Positions 17,820-26,086 of a DNA stretch of 38,785 nucleotides are shown here, one piece after another. The stretch is from the NCBI GenBank assembly GCA_964362395.1, contig CAYIER010000002.1:1-38785 (forward strand), in the 5' to 3' direction. Source of the stretch: an uncultured archaeon. GTDB lineage: Archaea > Iainarchaeota > Iainarchaeia > Iainarchaeales > GW2011-AR10. Under the pieces are notes generated by a model. The model ran no database searches and was not told the origin of the DNA. It worked only from the letters and a program-made list of their open reading frames with translations. Each line of letters begins with the position of its first letter. The stretch's first letter is position 1. The position numbers and the translations under genes were made by a program.

Positions 17820-17922
17820 CCTGCAAAATCACGCCAACAAATTGGCAATTGAACAAATTCTAGAATATTCTTTCGCCAATTTGTTGCGACACTTTCCTGC
17901 CATCCCGCTTCGCTCAATGGCA
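17818..17922. repeat. Mosaic hairpin element, copy D (between L32e and L19e)
   Basis: A degenerate caaaat-loop hairpin, then the long hairpin aacaaattggc-N28-gccaatttgtt, then gcgacactttcc, then tgccat-N-aatggca. Confidence 0.8.
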
Positions 17923-17942
17923 CTTCAAAAATCAAATTTTCA

Positions 17943-17959
17943 TTCATCTTTTCCACCTG
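17943..17959. repeat. Direct repeat, distal copy: the functional 3' end of L32e (..RWKR-TGA)
   Basis: See 17803-17819. Confidence 0.7.
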
Positions 17960-18516
17960 TTCAAAACTTTCAAGTCCAACTCGTCAGCTTTTTTCAGCAT
18001 AATTGCCCTTTTCCTTTTCCCTATCCTTGCTGCAAACCTCACTGCCACATTTTGTCCTGCAAATTGTGCAAGCTGTTCCGCCGTGGAAGCCATAACTTCA
18101 GGATAACCGCTTGGGTGCAAAAACCTTATCGCATTCGGGACACGGTAACCGATTTTCGGGTTGGCGCCATCCTCTTGCTTGAAAATAATGTCAATTCCCC
18201 GCGGGTAACGCCACTTGTTCCACTTTGCAATCGATTTCCGCCTCTTCCACCTGCCGCCAAACCTTCCCCTAAACACCGGGTGCTTGTTTCTTTTAAGCAA
18301 TTCCCTTATCTTAACAATTTTTTTGCCAACAGGCTTTTTTTTCCTCCCTTTTCTCCCCTTTTCGGCCTTTTCTGTTTTTTTCCCTTCCTTTGCCGCTGCA
18401 GGGACTTTTTTTCCTTCAACTGCCTTTTTCTGTGCCGCATGCACCTGTGGTTTCTGCTCTTTTGCGTGCATGCTTTTCCCGCCGCCGGTTTTTTTTGCTT
18501 TCTTTTCGCTTTCCAT
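17944..18516 (-). CDS. rpl32e: 50S ribosomal protein L32e (with ~60-aa Lys-rich N-terminal extension)
   Basis: HPVFRGRFG.RW.RR....KW.KWR.PRGID and AARIG.RKR motifs. Confidence 0.9.
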   Translation of the reverse strand: MESEKKAKKTGGGKSMHAKEQKPQVHAAQKKAVEGKKVPAAAKEGKKTEKAEKGRKGRKKKPVGKKIVKIRELLKRNKHPVFRGRFGGRWKRRKSIAKWNKWRYPRGIDIIFKQEDGANPKIGYRVPNAIRFLHPSGYPEVMASTAEQLAQFAGQNVAVRFAARIGKRKRAIMLKKADELDLKVLNRWKR

Positions 18517-18522
18517 AAAAAT

Positions 18523-19074
18523 TCACTTATTGTGTTTGGCCTTTGAAACAATGTATATTCCGTCCTGAAAAACCCTTTTGTCCTTTCCCCTTGATTTGGT
18601 GGCGGCCTCAATGTTTGCTGCCGTCTGGCCAGCGTGCTCCTTGTTTGCCGCGCTCACAGTGATATCTTTTCCCTTTACAACAACCTTTGCGCCGCCCACA
18701 ATTTTTGCCCTCTTTGGCATCTTTGCCCCCGCAATGTTGCCGATTTCAACAAACCCATCCTTCACCAAAATGCCCATCGGGAAGTGAGAGTAAACAACCT
18801 CGAGCCTGTACTCAAAATCCTTCTGCAGGCCAGAGTACAAATTCATAATGTGCGACGCAATCGTGTTTGCAGTTGCAAGGGTTTGCCTTTTCCCGTTTTT
18901 TGAGACAACCCTTATCGTGCCTTTATCACCCCGTATCTCTATCGCGCTGGCAGAAAACTTTTTCTGCACTTCCTTGCCGCCCACACTTAACTTCACAACG
19001 TTATTTTGCACTTGCACAGAAATCCCGTCCGGAACCGTGATTGTTTTTTCAAAAAACTTTTCCACCCAATTCAC
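18523..19074 (-). CDS. rpl6: 50S ribosomal protein L6
   Basis: Two-domain L6 pattern (I.VPDG..V......V.L.....YSHFP, V.V.GKDI.V...NKE..GQ.AA.I). Confidence 0.95.
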   Translation of the reverse strand: MNWVEKFFEKTITVPDGISVQVQNNVVKLSVGGKEVQKKFSASAIEIRGDKGTIRVVSKNGKRQTLATANTIASHIMNLYSGLQKDFEYRLEVVYSHFPMGILVKDGFVEIGNIAGAKMPKRAKIVGGAKVVVKGKDITVSAANKEHAGQTAANIEAATKSRGKDKRVFQDGIYIVSKAKHNK

Positions 19075-19076
19075 CC

Positions 19077-19469
19077 TTAGTAAATAAATGCAAGCAGCCT
19101 TCCGCCAGTGTCATTGTCCTTTGCAGCAAAGTGCGTCATCACTCCGCGCGGGGTCGACACAATCAGCATGCCGATGTCCCTTGAAGGAAGGTACCTTTTC
19201 TCGAATTTTTCAAACTCCGTTTTCTTGACTGCATAACGCGGCTTGATTGCCTTGCACTGGTTGATGCGCCCAAGAAGGTTTACCTTATACATGCCGTCGC
19301 GTCCGTCATCAATGAACTCATAAGTGCCAATGTAATTCTTTTCCTGCATCACACGAAGGATTTCCCCCAAAAGCTTTGAGGCAGGCCTAATCACACAGGT
19401 CTTTTTTGTGGCATTCTCGTGGTTCCTTATATTCACCAACGCATCCGTCAACGGGTCAAGTCTTGTCAT
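19077..19469 (-). CDS. rps8: 30S ribosomal protein S8
   Basis: DPL.DAL..I.N.E.......V.RPASKL and LIVST..GVM.H..A....GGRLLAF.Y motifs. Confidence 0.95.
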   Translation of the reverse strand: MTRLDPLTDALVNIRNHENATKKTCVIRPASKLLGEILRVMQEKNYIGTYEFIDDGRDGMYKVNLLGRINQCKAIKPRYAVKKTEFEKFEKRYLPSRDIGMLIVSTPRGVMTHFAAKDNDTGGRLLAFIY

Positions 19470-19481
19470 CTCATATCCACC

Positions 19482-19634
19482 TCAGTCAAACTTCTGGAAA
19501 CCAAGCCCCAGCGCAATGTCCTTAAAGCACCGCCTGCAAATATCCAGGTTGTATTTCCTAACCATCCCCTTGTCGTTGTGGCACCGCCTGCAAAGCACAA
19601 GGTATTTTTCAGTGTTCGTCTTGATTGCCTTCAT
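19482..19634 (-). CDS. rps14: 30S ribosomal protein S14 (zinc-binding type Z, 50 aa); not in the ORF track because it is under 60 aa
   Basis: Own translation: MKAIKTNTEKYLVLCRRCHNDKGMVRKYNLDICRRCFKDIALGLGFQKFD. CxxC...CxxC motif. ATGA overlap with the L5 stop. Lies at the canonical L5-S14-S8 position. Confidence 0.85.
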   Translation of the reverse strand: MKAIKTNTEKYLVLCRRCHNDKGMVRKYNLDICRRCFKDIALGLGFQKFD

Positions 19635-20137
19635 TCAACCTGCACCCCAAACACATTTTTCACAAACTCCATCGACTCCTCCTTCTTAATGCAGTGCCTC
19701 TTTGGAATCCTTTTCTTTTCAAGCTTTCTGCGCTTAACCCTAAAGCCCGGCCTCTTTAATGCCACAAGCACATCAAAGCCCCTTATCCCAAACTTCGGGT
19801 CATACTTTACCTTCGGCATGTCAATGTACTCCTTTATCCCAAAAGCAAAATTCCCATAATTGTCAAAACTCTTTGCCAGCAAATGGTTGTCTTTTGCGGC
19901 CAGTGCGTCCTTCAAAAACACGGCTGCCTTTTCTTTCCTTAAAGTGACCTTTGTGCCAATCGGCAAGCCCGGCCTAAGCCCCCAAGCCGGCTGCTTTACC
20001 TTGCAAAGAGTCTTCACAGGAGTCGCACCCGTGAGTGTTTTAAGTATTGTAATTGCTTTTTCAAGCTCTGCACCAGTAGCGCCAACCCCCATATTAATCG
20101 TGACTTTTTCAACCCCGATTTCCTTCATTTTGTTCAT
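19631..20137 (-). CDS. rpl5: 50S ribosomal protein L5
   Basis: IGVEKVTINMGVG, FGIKEYIDMP and KYDP.FGI.G.DV motifs. Confidence 0.95.
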   Translation of the reverse strand: MNKMKEIGVEKVTINMGVGATGAELEKAITILKTLTGATPVKTLCKVKQPAWGLRPGLPIGTKVTLRKEKAAVFLKDALAAKDNHLLAKSFDNYGNFAFGIKEYIDMPKVKYDPKFGIRGFDVLVALKRPGFRVKRRKLEKKRIPKRHCIKKEESMEFVKNVFGVQVE

Positions 20138-20139
20138 TT

Positions 20140-20871
20140 CTAAAACACTTCCAGGTTCATTTGCTCCGCGCTCTTTTTGTCGCCAACAACACAGATGTAT
20201 TTTTCAAGCGTGCTGATTTCGCCATGCCTTCCCTCGGTTTTAACGACACGCGGCTTGTGCATTGAGCCGGCAATTATTTCCTTTATCTTCACCACTTCAC
20301 CTGCATGGGTTCCACCGATAACCAAAGCAAAATTTCCTGATTCAAGCGAAAAATGGCCGACTATTTTTTTGTCCGGCAAAGAAAGCTTCACAGAGTCAGA
20401 CACCTTTAACGGGTGCTTTCCCTGCTTTAACACAAAGCCATCGCTTGTCGTGACCTCCACTTCACCCCTCTTCACCACAATCTTTTTCAAAATTTTTGAA
20501 ACCTTTTCCGTTGCAGCATGCCCATCCATTTCTGCAAGGGCTGCCCTTCCATTTTTGTCAAGCACGAAGCGGTACAATTTTTTTGTGTCCACAAATTCAA
20601 TGACATCAAACAACCCGACAGGAAAATCCATTCCAGTTTTTGCAACACCATTCACTTTTACTCCACCCGAATTAAGAATCATTTTTGCCTCTTTTTTTGT
20701 CGCAGCCAACTTTAACATGTCCCTCACAATGAAGCCAAGTGGAACCGCAGAATTGCCTGAATGCGGGCCGCTGCTGTTCCGAATCGCCCAAACATGCTCT
20801 TTCCTTGGAAAAAACCTTATTTTTGCCGTTGAAATAGCCTTCTGTGCCTTTCCCTCGCCCTTTGCCGCCAT
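20140..20871 (-). CDS. rps4e: 30S ribosomal protein S4e
   Basis: SGPH....AVPLGFIVRDMLKLA.T.KEAK.IL....V.VNG and FPVGLFDVI motifs. ATG at 20871 follows a GGTGA Shine-Dalgarno sequence. Confidence 0.95.
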   Translation of the reverse strand: MAAKGEGKAQKAISTAKIRFFPRKEHVWAIRNSSGPHSGNSAVPLGFIVRDMLKLAATKKEAKMILNSGGVKVNGVAKTGMDFPVGLFDVIEFVDTKKLYRFVLDKNGRAALAEMDGHAATEKVSKILKKIVVKRGEVEVTTSDGFVLKQGKHPLKVSDSVKLSLPDKKIVGHFSLESGNFALVIGGTHAGEVVKIKEIIAGSMHKPRVVKTEGRHGEISTLEKYICVVGDKKSAEQMNLEVF

Positions 20872-20876
20872 ACCAT

Positions 20877-21317
20877 TCACCTTGCCTTTGCAGCCAAAAC
20901 TGCATTCTCATTTTTTTCGGCCTTTTTGGCCTCCACCTGCTTTTCACCTGTTTGCATGCTTTCACCCAAAGCAGCCGCGCCCCTTTTCTTGTCACCGGCC
21001 GCAAGCCCCATAATCATCAAATTTGAAGGGTGAATAGGGACAAAAATTTCCTTCCCGTCAGCCTTCTTCCTCATTACCCCCTCAACGAACACCTGCCGCT
21101 TTTCGCGGTTCACGCCAGTTACCTTTCCATTTTTTCCCTTAAATTTTCCCCTCATGACCTTTACTTTGTCTTCTTTCCTGACCCCAAGCGCCCGAGTCTT
21201 TAACGACTTTCGCAGTTCCTTGCTCAGCGTAGAATGCATATGTTTTTGAAGCTCGTGCATTTTTGCGCCAAAAAACCTTTTCTTCTGCTTTGAAGGCCTT
21301 TTTGTTTTATTCACCAT
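20877..21317 (-). CDS. rpl24: 50S ribosomal protein L24 (KOW), with extended C-terminus
   Basis: VRKEDKVKVMRGKFKGKNGKVTGVNREKRQVFVEGV KOW motif. ATG at 21317; the longer ORF-track start overlaps L14. Confidence 0.9.
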   Translation of the reverse strand: MVNKTKRPSKQKKRFFGAKMHELQKHMHSTLSKELRKSLKTRALGVRKEDKVKVMRGKFKGKNGKVTGVNREKRQVFVEGVMRKKADGKEIFVPIHPSNLMIMGLAAGDKKRGAAALGESMQTGEKQVEAKKAEKNENAVLAAKAR

Positions 21318-21327
21318 AAAAAACAAC

Positions 21328-21726
21328 TCACACAACCGCGGAGGCAATTCCGGCAATCTTTGGCCATCTTTCGCCAACCTCTTTTGCAACAACTCCCTTT
21401 ACCTCTGACGCCTTTGGAAGGCCCTTTTCGTCAACCAAAACAACCGCGTTGTCCTCAAACTTTATCCTGGTGCCATCCATTCTCCTGTACTCTTTCCTTG
21501 TCCTGATAATGACCGCGCGCTCGATTTTGCTTTTCATTTCCGGCTTTCCCTTGCTTACAACAACATTCACCATGTCGGCAACACCACATGACGGTTTTCT
21601 CCGCATCTTTCCCTTCCACCCGACGACGCTGATAATGTAAACCTCTTTTGCACCGCTGTTATCCGCACAGACACAGTTTGAGTTAAGCAGTAGGCTTCGC
21701 GTACGCTTTGCATTTATTGCCTTCAT
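21328..21726 (-). CDS. rpl14: 50S ribosomal protein L14
   Basis: L..ADNSGAKE...I.V.G and FEDNA.VL.D..G.P.....G.VAKE motifs. Confidence 0.95.
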   Translation of the reverse strand: MKAINAKRTRSLLLNSNCVCADNSGAKEVYIISVVGWKGKMRRKPSCGVADMVNVVVSKGKPEMKSKIERAVIIRTRKEYRRMDGTRIKFEDNAVVLVDEKGLPKASEVKGVVAKEVGERWPKIAGIASAVV

Positions 21727-22022
21727 TTTTCCGCCCTCTTCAAAATTTTTGTAACAACAAAACTCTTTGTCTTTGAAAGCTTTCTTGTCTCCTCAATCCG
21801 GACCGTGTCACCCGCCAACGCAGCCATGCACGCCGGGTTATGAGCCGCAATCTTTGAGCGCACGTTCCGGTACCTTTCGTACTTTGGAACATAATGCGTC
21901 ACAGTCCTTGCAATCGTAACCGTCTTTGGGGCCTTTGCGCTCACGACAGTGCCAGCAAACACGTTTCCCCGCGTCTTAATCTGCCCATGGATTGCACAAA
22001 ACTTGTCCACACACTCTGCCAT
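21723..22022 (-). CDS. rps17: 30S ribosomal protein S17
   Basis: G.VVS.KA.KTV.I.R.....V.KYERY......I.AHNP.C.....GD.V.I.E.R.LSKTK motif. Confidence 0.95.
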   Translation of the reverse strand: MAECVDKFCAIHGQIKTRGNVFAGTVVSAKAPKTVTIARTVTHYVPKYERYRNVRSKIAAHNPACMAALAGDTVRIEETRKLSKTKSFVVTKILKRAEK

Positions 22023-22023
22023 T

Positions 22024-22320
22024 TCAGTTTCTCCTCCAGAAATACTTCACGCGGTCAAACGGCCGCACCAAAATCTTTTTGCCGTCCACCACAACCCTTT
22101 CATCCCCGACCAAAACCTCAAACACTGCCTCTTTTTTTGGAACCCTCTTGTCGCCGCCCCTTGTCCGGATGACAAACAGGTTCTTTGACTCGTCAACAAT
22201 CGTGCCGCTGGTTTTTTCCCGCAAAGCATCCGTGCTCTGCACAACGCTTGCCTGCAAACCGATTAACTCATGGCAAAGCAGGTTTTTTGCGGTAATGCAG
22301 TAATGTTCCCCCCTAAGCAT
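22024..22320 (-). CDS. rnp1: Ribonuclease P protein component 1 (Rpp29/Pop4)
   Basis: HELIGLQASVVQSTD....SGTIVDESKNLFVI.T..G.K.VPKK...F motif. ATG at 22320 is preceded by a GGGAGGA Shine-Dalgarno sequence. Confidence 0.8.
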   Translation of the reverse strand: MLRGEHYCITAKNLLCHELIGLQASVVQSTDALREKTSGTIVDESKNLFVIRTRGGDKRVPKKEAVFEVLVGDERVVVDGKKILVRPFDRVKYFWRRN

Positions 22321-22615
22321 CGATCTGTTCCTCCCTATAACCCATGTCAAGCAAAAACTCTTTCACCCTTCTTTTGTGCTCGCCCTGCAACTCAATCTCG
22401 TCATCCTTCACGGTGCCGCCACATGCAAGCTTTTTTTTCAAATCCTTTGCAATCTCCTTCATTTCCTTTTTTGAATCAATCCCTTTAATTGATGTGACCA
22501 GCTTTTTGAGCCTTCTGCGCTCAACACGGATCCTGATTTTTTGTGTCTCCTTTGAAATATCCTCTATCCCAAGCAATTCCTTTGGAAGGCCCGTAATCTT
22601 GTCAAAGTCGCTCAT
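22313..22615 (-). CDS. Translation initiation factor aSUI1 (aIF1)
   Basis: KIRIRVERRR..K.VT.I.GID......KEIAK.LKKKLACGGTVKD..IELQG.H motif. Confidence 0.9.
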   Translation of the reverse strand: MSDFDKITGLPKELLGIEDISKETQKIRIRVERRRLKKLVTSIKGIDSKKEMKEIAKDLKKKLACGGTVKDDEIELQGEHKRRVKEFLLDMGYREEQIDA

Positions 22616-22821
22616 CCTTTGCTATCCACCTTTTTTTCCCGCATAATTGTCAGGACGCGTGCAATCCCGCGGCGCATAGTCCTGAGTTTTGCGGGTTTAT
22701 CTGATTTTGTCCCTGACACCGCATGAGACCGCTCCTTTGCAAGATTGCTCTTCAAATCAACCAACTGTGATTCCAACTCAGGCACCGACTTGTCCCGAAG
22801 CACTGCATTCTTTTTGCTCAT
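22612..22821 (-). CDS. rpl29: 50S ribosomal protein L29
   Basis: LRDKSV.EL..QL.DLK..L and R..RR.IARVLT motifs. Confidence 0.9.
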   Translation of the reverse strand: MSKKNAVLRDKSVPELESQLVDLKSNLAKERSHAVSGTKSDKPAKLRTMRRGIARVLTIMREKKVDSKG

Positions 22822-23741
22822 TGCCCTTCACCTGTAATTTTCTTTTCAACAGCCAAATCTTCCTGTGCCTTTTCCTTTCCATGCACTTCTGCGGCTGGAA
22901 TTTTTTTCTCCTTTATTTTTTCTTTTGCGCTTTTTTCCGGGTGCTTTTGCGCCTTTTTCCCTTTTTTGCCTTCAACGGCTTTTTTTTCTTCAACAACAAC
23001 TGGAGCAATCTCCACAACGCCCTCTGCGGCCTGCGGCAAAGAAACCCCGCCAACTTCCGCGGCTGCCACAATTGCCACCTGTTCTGGCACGGCCAGTTTA
23101 GTTTCAGCTTCCACTTTTTTCTGCGCCAATTCCCTTCTTTGCCTTAAAATTTCCCCAATGTCCACCTTGTCCGGAAACACTGTTTCAGGCCTGACAATCC
23201 TGATTTTTATCCCGATTGCACCCGGCTTTGGGTACGCGGTTGCCTTTGCAAAATCAACAAGCTTTACCTGGTGGCCGGTTTTTTTCATATAGCCAACGCC
23301 AATCCTCTGCCTTCTTTTTCTTCCACCCTTTCCAGTAAGCTTTCCAGACAAAATCAATTCAATTCCCTGTGCGCCCTTTGCCTCAATGTCCTTCACCGTC
23401 CTATACGCAATGCTTCTCCAACTGAAACCCCGCTCAATTGCACCCTTTACCTTGTTCACCATTGCCCTTGCATCAAGCTCAGGTATTGGCAGCTCCTTTA
23501 TTTCAAGCTGCGGGTTCTCAATCCCAAACCTCTGCGCAATCGTTTCAGTTATTTTCCTTATGTTTGAGCCGCTTTTCCCGATTGCAAGGCCCGGCTTTAC
23601 AACGTTCACAATTATCCTTGTCACAAGAGGCGTTTTTACGATTTCAGATTTCGTGAAACCGGCCTTGTCCATTTCCTTTGCAAGGTACTCGTCCAATTCC
23701 ACCCTCTTAATCCCCTGCTCAATAAAATGGCGCTCAATCAT
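22818..23741 (-). CDS. rps3: 30S ribosomal protein S3 (KH domain) with ~100-aa Ala/Lys/Glu-rich C-terminal extension
   Basis: KH-domain core (IIVNVVKPGLAIGKSGSNI), SGKL.G.....R and PGAIGIKI.I motifs. Confidence 0.95.
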   Translation of the reverse strand: MIERHFIEQGIKRVELDEYLAKEMDKAGFTKSEIVKTPLVTRIIVNVVKPGLAIGKSGSNIRKITETIAQRFGIENPQLEIKELPIPELDARAMVNKVKGAIERGFSWRSIAYRTVKDIEAKGAQGIELILSGKLTGKGGRKRRQRIGVGYMKKTGHQVKLVDFAKATAYPKPGAIGIKIRIVRPETVFPDKVDIGEILRQRRELAQKKVEAETKLAVPEQVAIVAAAEVGGVSLPQAAEGVVEIAPVVVEEKKAVEGKKGKKAQKHPEKSAKEKIKEKKIPAAEVHGKEKAQEDLAVEKKITGEGQ

Positions 23742-24211
23742 TTCGATGCCTCCATTGCAACAATCTCAATGTGCGTTGCCTTGCTTCTGTGGCGTTTCCC
23801 GGAAATCCGGCCCTGCTTCTGGTTGCTTGCGCGCCTAAAACCCTCGCAAACAAACGCATGGACAATCACAAGGTTATTCGAATCAAGCCCCTTGTAATCC
23901 GCATTTGCCTTAAGGTTCAAAATAATCTTCAAAAAATTTTCCGCAAGCCTAATTGGGTACCTGCCAACCTTTGTCGCACTCCTTGGGATTCCCTTCCTGT
24001 GGCCGGTTTTCTTTATGTACTTTTTCAGCGGCAGATGTTCCTTTTTTTCAATTATGTTTTTCAAAAACTCTTCAACCCGCTTTACCCGCTTTCCCCTGAT
24101 TTCGCGCACCAACTCAGTCGAATACTTCAATGACACGGGCTGGTTTTTTGCCATGACCATTGCACACTTTTTGGTGTCCCGGATTTCAACCTGGTAATTT
24201 TTCTTAACCAT
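23738..24211 (-). CDS. rpl22: 50S ribosomal protein L22
   Basis: AMVMAKNQPVS.K...E..R.IRG and H.FV.EG....R...RA.GR......ATHIEIV motifs. Confidence 0.95.
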   Translation of the reverse strand: MVKKNYQVEIRDTKKCAMVMAKNQPVSLKYSTELVREIRGKRVKRVEEFLKNIIEKKEHLPLKKYIKKTGHRKGIPRSATKVGRYPIRLAENFLKIILNLKANADYKGLDSNNLVIVHAFVCEGFRRASNQKQGRISGKRHRSKATHIEIVAMEASK

Positions 24212-24215
24212 CCAA

Positions 24216-24623
24216 TCATCCCCGCGCCGTGATTGCAGTGCTTGACTTTGTTGCGCCGATCCCTGCCTTTCCGTGCGACAGCCTCTTTCGGGTCAAAACA
24301 AATTCGCCCAAATAGTGGCCAAGCATTTTATCCATGACCGACATAACCTGGAATTCCTTCCCATTATAAACGGCAAACTTCAGCCCGACCATCTTTGGCA
24401 GAACCGGGAAATCCCTCAAATGCGTCCGAATGATTTTTGGCTCATGCCCCTGCTGCTTTTGCAAAAACGCGCTGCCGATTGCCCCCAAAAAACCCTTGCT
24501 GTAATTTCCCCTAAGCAAAGACCTCTTTATCCTTGAGCCTGCAATCACTGCAAACTGTGCCTCGCTCATTGCAACAAGCTCTTCCATTGTTTTTCCGCGA
24601 AAAGTAAATTCTTTTTTTACCAT
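24216..24623 (-). CDS. rps19: 30S ribosomal protein S19
   Basis: IRTH.RD..VLP.MVG....VYNGKEF..V.....M.GHYLGEF..TRK...HG motif. Confidence 0.95.
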   Translation of the reverse strand: MVKKEFTFRGKTMEELVAMSEAQFAVIAGSRIKRSLLRGNYSKGFLGAIGSAFLQKQQGHEPKIIRTHLRDFPVLPKMVGLKFAVYNGKEFQVMSVMDKMLGHYLGEFVLTRKRLSHGKAGIGATKSSTAITARG

Positions 24624-24633
24624 AACATCACAA

Positions 24634-24750
24634 CAACCGCAAAATCGGCACCAAATTGACAGTTGAACAATTCTGGATATTTTCTTTTGCCAATTCGGTG
24701 TGACACTTTTGTCCCGTCTGCGACGGGACTTCCGGCAAATAATTCATTGC
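24634..24750. repeat. Mosaic hairpin element, copy E (between L2 and S19)
   Basis: A truncated caaaat-loop hairpin, then the long hairpin caccaaattgaca-N26-tgccaattcggtg, then gtgacactttt, then gtcccgtc-tgc-gacgggac. About 85% identical to copy F over ~95 nt. Confidence 0.85.
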
Positions 24751-24769
24751 AATTTCCATAAAAACACAA

Positions 24770-25492
24770 TCACAATTTTTTATGCCTTCCCGTTCTCTTT
24801 GACGCAATCGCCCCGACCTTTCTTCCTGCAGGCGCATGCCTTGAAGTGGACTTTGATTTACCCGGATGGTGCTGTGAGCCGCCAAACGGATGCGAGTTCG
24901 GGTTCATTGCAACACCCCTCACAATCGGGTAATGCTTCCTTTTTGAATGGAACAAATGGTACCTTGGCCCGGCCTTAACCATGGGCTTTTCAACGCGCCC
25001 GCCGCCAGCGGCAAGCCCGATTGTTGCCCTGCAATGCGGGTGCAGTTCAGTTGTTTTGCCTGACGGCAACTTGACAAAAACATGCCCCTTGTCCTTTGAA
25101 AGAATCATTGAATACCCGCCGCCTGCACGCACAAGGCTTCCCCCGTCACCGGGGCTGTTCTCAATGTTAAAAATCGGGCAACCCTCAACACAGCTTTCAA
25201 GAGTCAAAACATTCCCCATTTCAAGCGCAGCATTTTTTCCAAACTCAACACGCTGCCCTACAACAGTACCCTCTGCCGCAATCGTGAAACCCATAGAGCC
25301 ATCATCAAACAAAATCTTTGCAAGCACGCTGCTGTTCGTCGGGTCATGCACAAACGCAACCAATTCCCCGACCCTCTTGCCAGTCAACTGTTTTTCGTCA
25401 AGCGAAAAATACCTTGCCACCTGCACATTGGACTTTCTTGCCCTAAAAATCGAGCCCTTCCCTTTCCTCTGGACCAAAATCCGCTTGCTCAT
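24770..25492 (-). CDS. rpl2: 50S ribosomal protein L2
   Basis: GN...L...P.G..I.NIE..PGDGG.L.R.GG and GVAMNP..HPFGG..HH.GK motifs. Confidence 0.95.
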   Translation of the reverse strand: MSKRILVQRKGKGSIFRARKSNVQVARYFSLDEKQLTGKRVGELVAFVHDPTNSSVLAKILFDDGSMGFTIAAEGTVVGQRVEFGKNAALEMGNVLTLESCVEGCPIFNIENSPGDGGSLVRAGGGYSMILSKDKGHVFVKLPSGKTTELHPHCRATIGLAAGGGRVEKPMVKAGPRYHLFHSKRKHYPIVRGVAMNPNSHPFGGSQHHPGKSKSTSRHAPAGRKVGAIASKRTGRHKKL

Positions 25493-25966
25493 TTACAGCA
25501 CCCCAAGCTTTGTCGCAATCTCGTCCGCACGGAACTGCCTGCTGATTTTAACAAACGCCCTCTTCCTTCCCTTTGTGTCCCGCAAAATATTCACCTTGTC
25601 AACCTTTATTTTATACAAACCCTCAACCGCATCCTTCACTTCAGATTTTGACGCCCCGCCATTCACAACAAACACCAGTTTGTTCTCAGACTCAATCATG
25701 CCCACCGACTTTTCCGTAATCAACGGGTGAAGAATGGTTTCAAATGCCTTGAGTGCAACCGTTTTGTCTGCTGGAAGCTCTCCCGTAAATTCCTTTACAA
25801 CAACACTTTTTTTTGCGCCACCTTTGGCCGCTTTTTTTTCAGCAATCTTTGAAGCGATTTTTTTCTTCGCCACAATTTTTTTTGCCACTTTCTGCACTTT
25901 GTGCGCCGCAGTTTTTTTTGCTGCAGCCTTTTTCTGTGTGGGTTTTTTTGCTTTCTGCTTAACCAT
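25493..25966 (-). CDS. rpl23: 50S ribosomal protein L23 with ~70-aa Lys/Ala-rich N-terminal extension
   Basis: The C-terminal 85 aa match L23 (ILHPLITEKS....E..NKLVFVV...A.K.E.K.AVE.LY..KV..VN). The N-terminus is low-complexity KKAAAKK. Confidence 0.9.
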   Translation of the reverse strand: MVKQKAKKPTQKKAAAKKTAAHKVQKVAKKIVAKKKIASKIAEKKAAKGGAKKSVVVKEFTGELPADKTVALKAFETILHPLITEKSVGMIESENKLVFVVNGGASKSEVKDAVEGLYKIKVDKVNILRDTKGRKRAFVKISRQFRADEIATKLGVL

Positions 25967-25973
25967 ACATTTA

Positions 25974-26005
25974 CCACTTGCCCTCTAAAGCCTTTATCGC
26001 GTCCT
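25974..26005. repeat. Direct repeat, proximal copy: relic of the L4 3' end (DAIKALEGKW-TAA) 4 nt upstream of the L23 ATG
   Basis: ccacttgccctctaaagcctttatcgcgtcct here versus 26087-26118 ccattttccctctaaagcctttatcgcgtcct (30/32), 113 nt apart. Confidence 0.85.
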
Positions 26006-26086
26006 TACCGCCTGCAAAATCAGGCGACACTTTTTCCCCATTCTTCGAATGGGGATTCTGCGCACAAATAAAAAACATCTCCATCA
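26006..26086. repeat. Mosaic hairpin element, copy H (between L4 and L23)
   Basis: cgcctg-caaaat-caggcg (26009-26026), then acacttttt, then ccccatt-cttcg-aatgggg (26036-26054). Bracketed by the 32-nt direct repeat. Confidence 0.85.

Noticed and set aside
17599-18546. Long antisense ORFs in the track opposite ribosomal protein genes (e.g. 17599-18546 +, 10078-10680 +, 20177-21013 +, 24981-25730 +, 26049-26714 +, 11438-12166 +, 5223-5858 -)
   Set aside because: They lie entirely opposite strongly recognisable conserved genes. They have low-complexity Phe/Ser/Leu/Pro-rich translations typical of shadow frames, and they lack motifs or initiation signals.
20672-21004. Alternative-frame ORFs within L24/S4e (20672-21004 -, 20844-21026 +) and within L32e (18306-18611 -)
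   Set aside because: They overlap well-supported ribosomal protein genes in other frames, and their Lys/Arg-rich translations are by-products of the purine-rich coding sequence.
24625-24782. Flanking duplication at the L2/S19 element (atcacaa at 24627-24633 and 24769-24775)
   Set aside because: Only about 7 nt are shared, which is too short to distinguish from chance in this A/T-rich context. It is not counted with the three long duplications.
24628-24885. 85-aa minus-strand ORF spanning the L2-S19 spacer
   Set aside because: It is made of hairpin element E plus the out-of-frame 3' end of L2. The same element sequence is non-coding at other loci.
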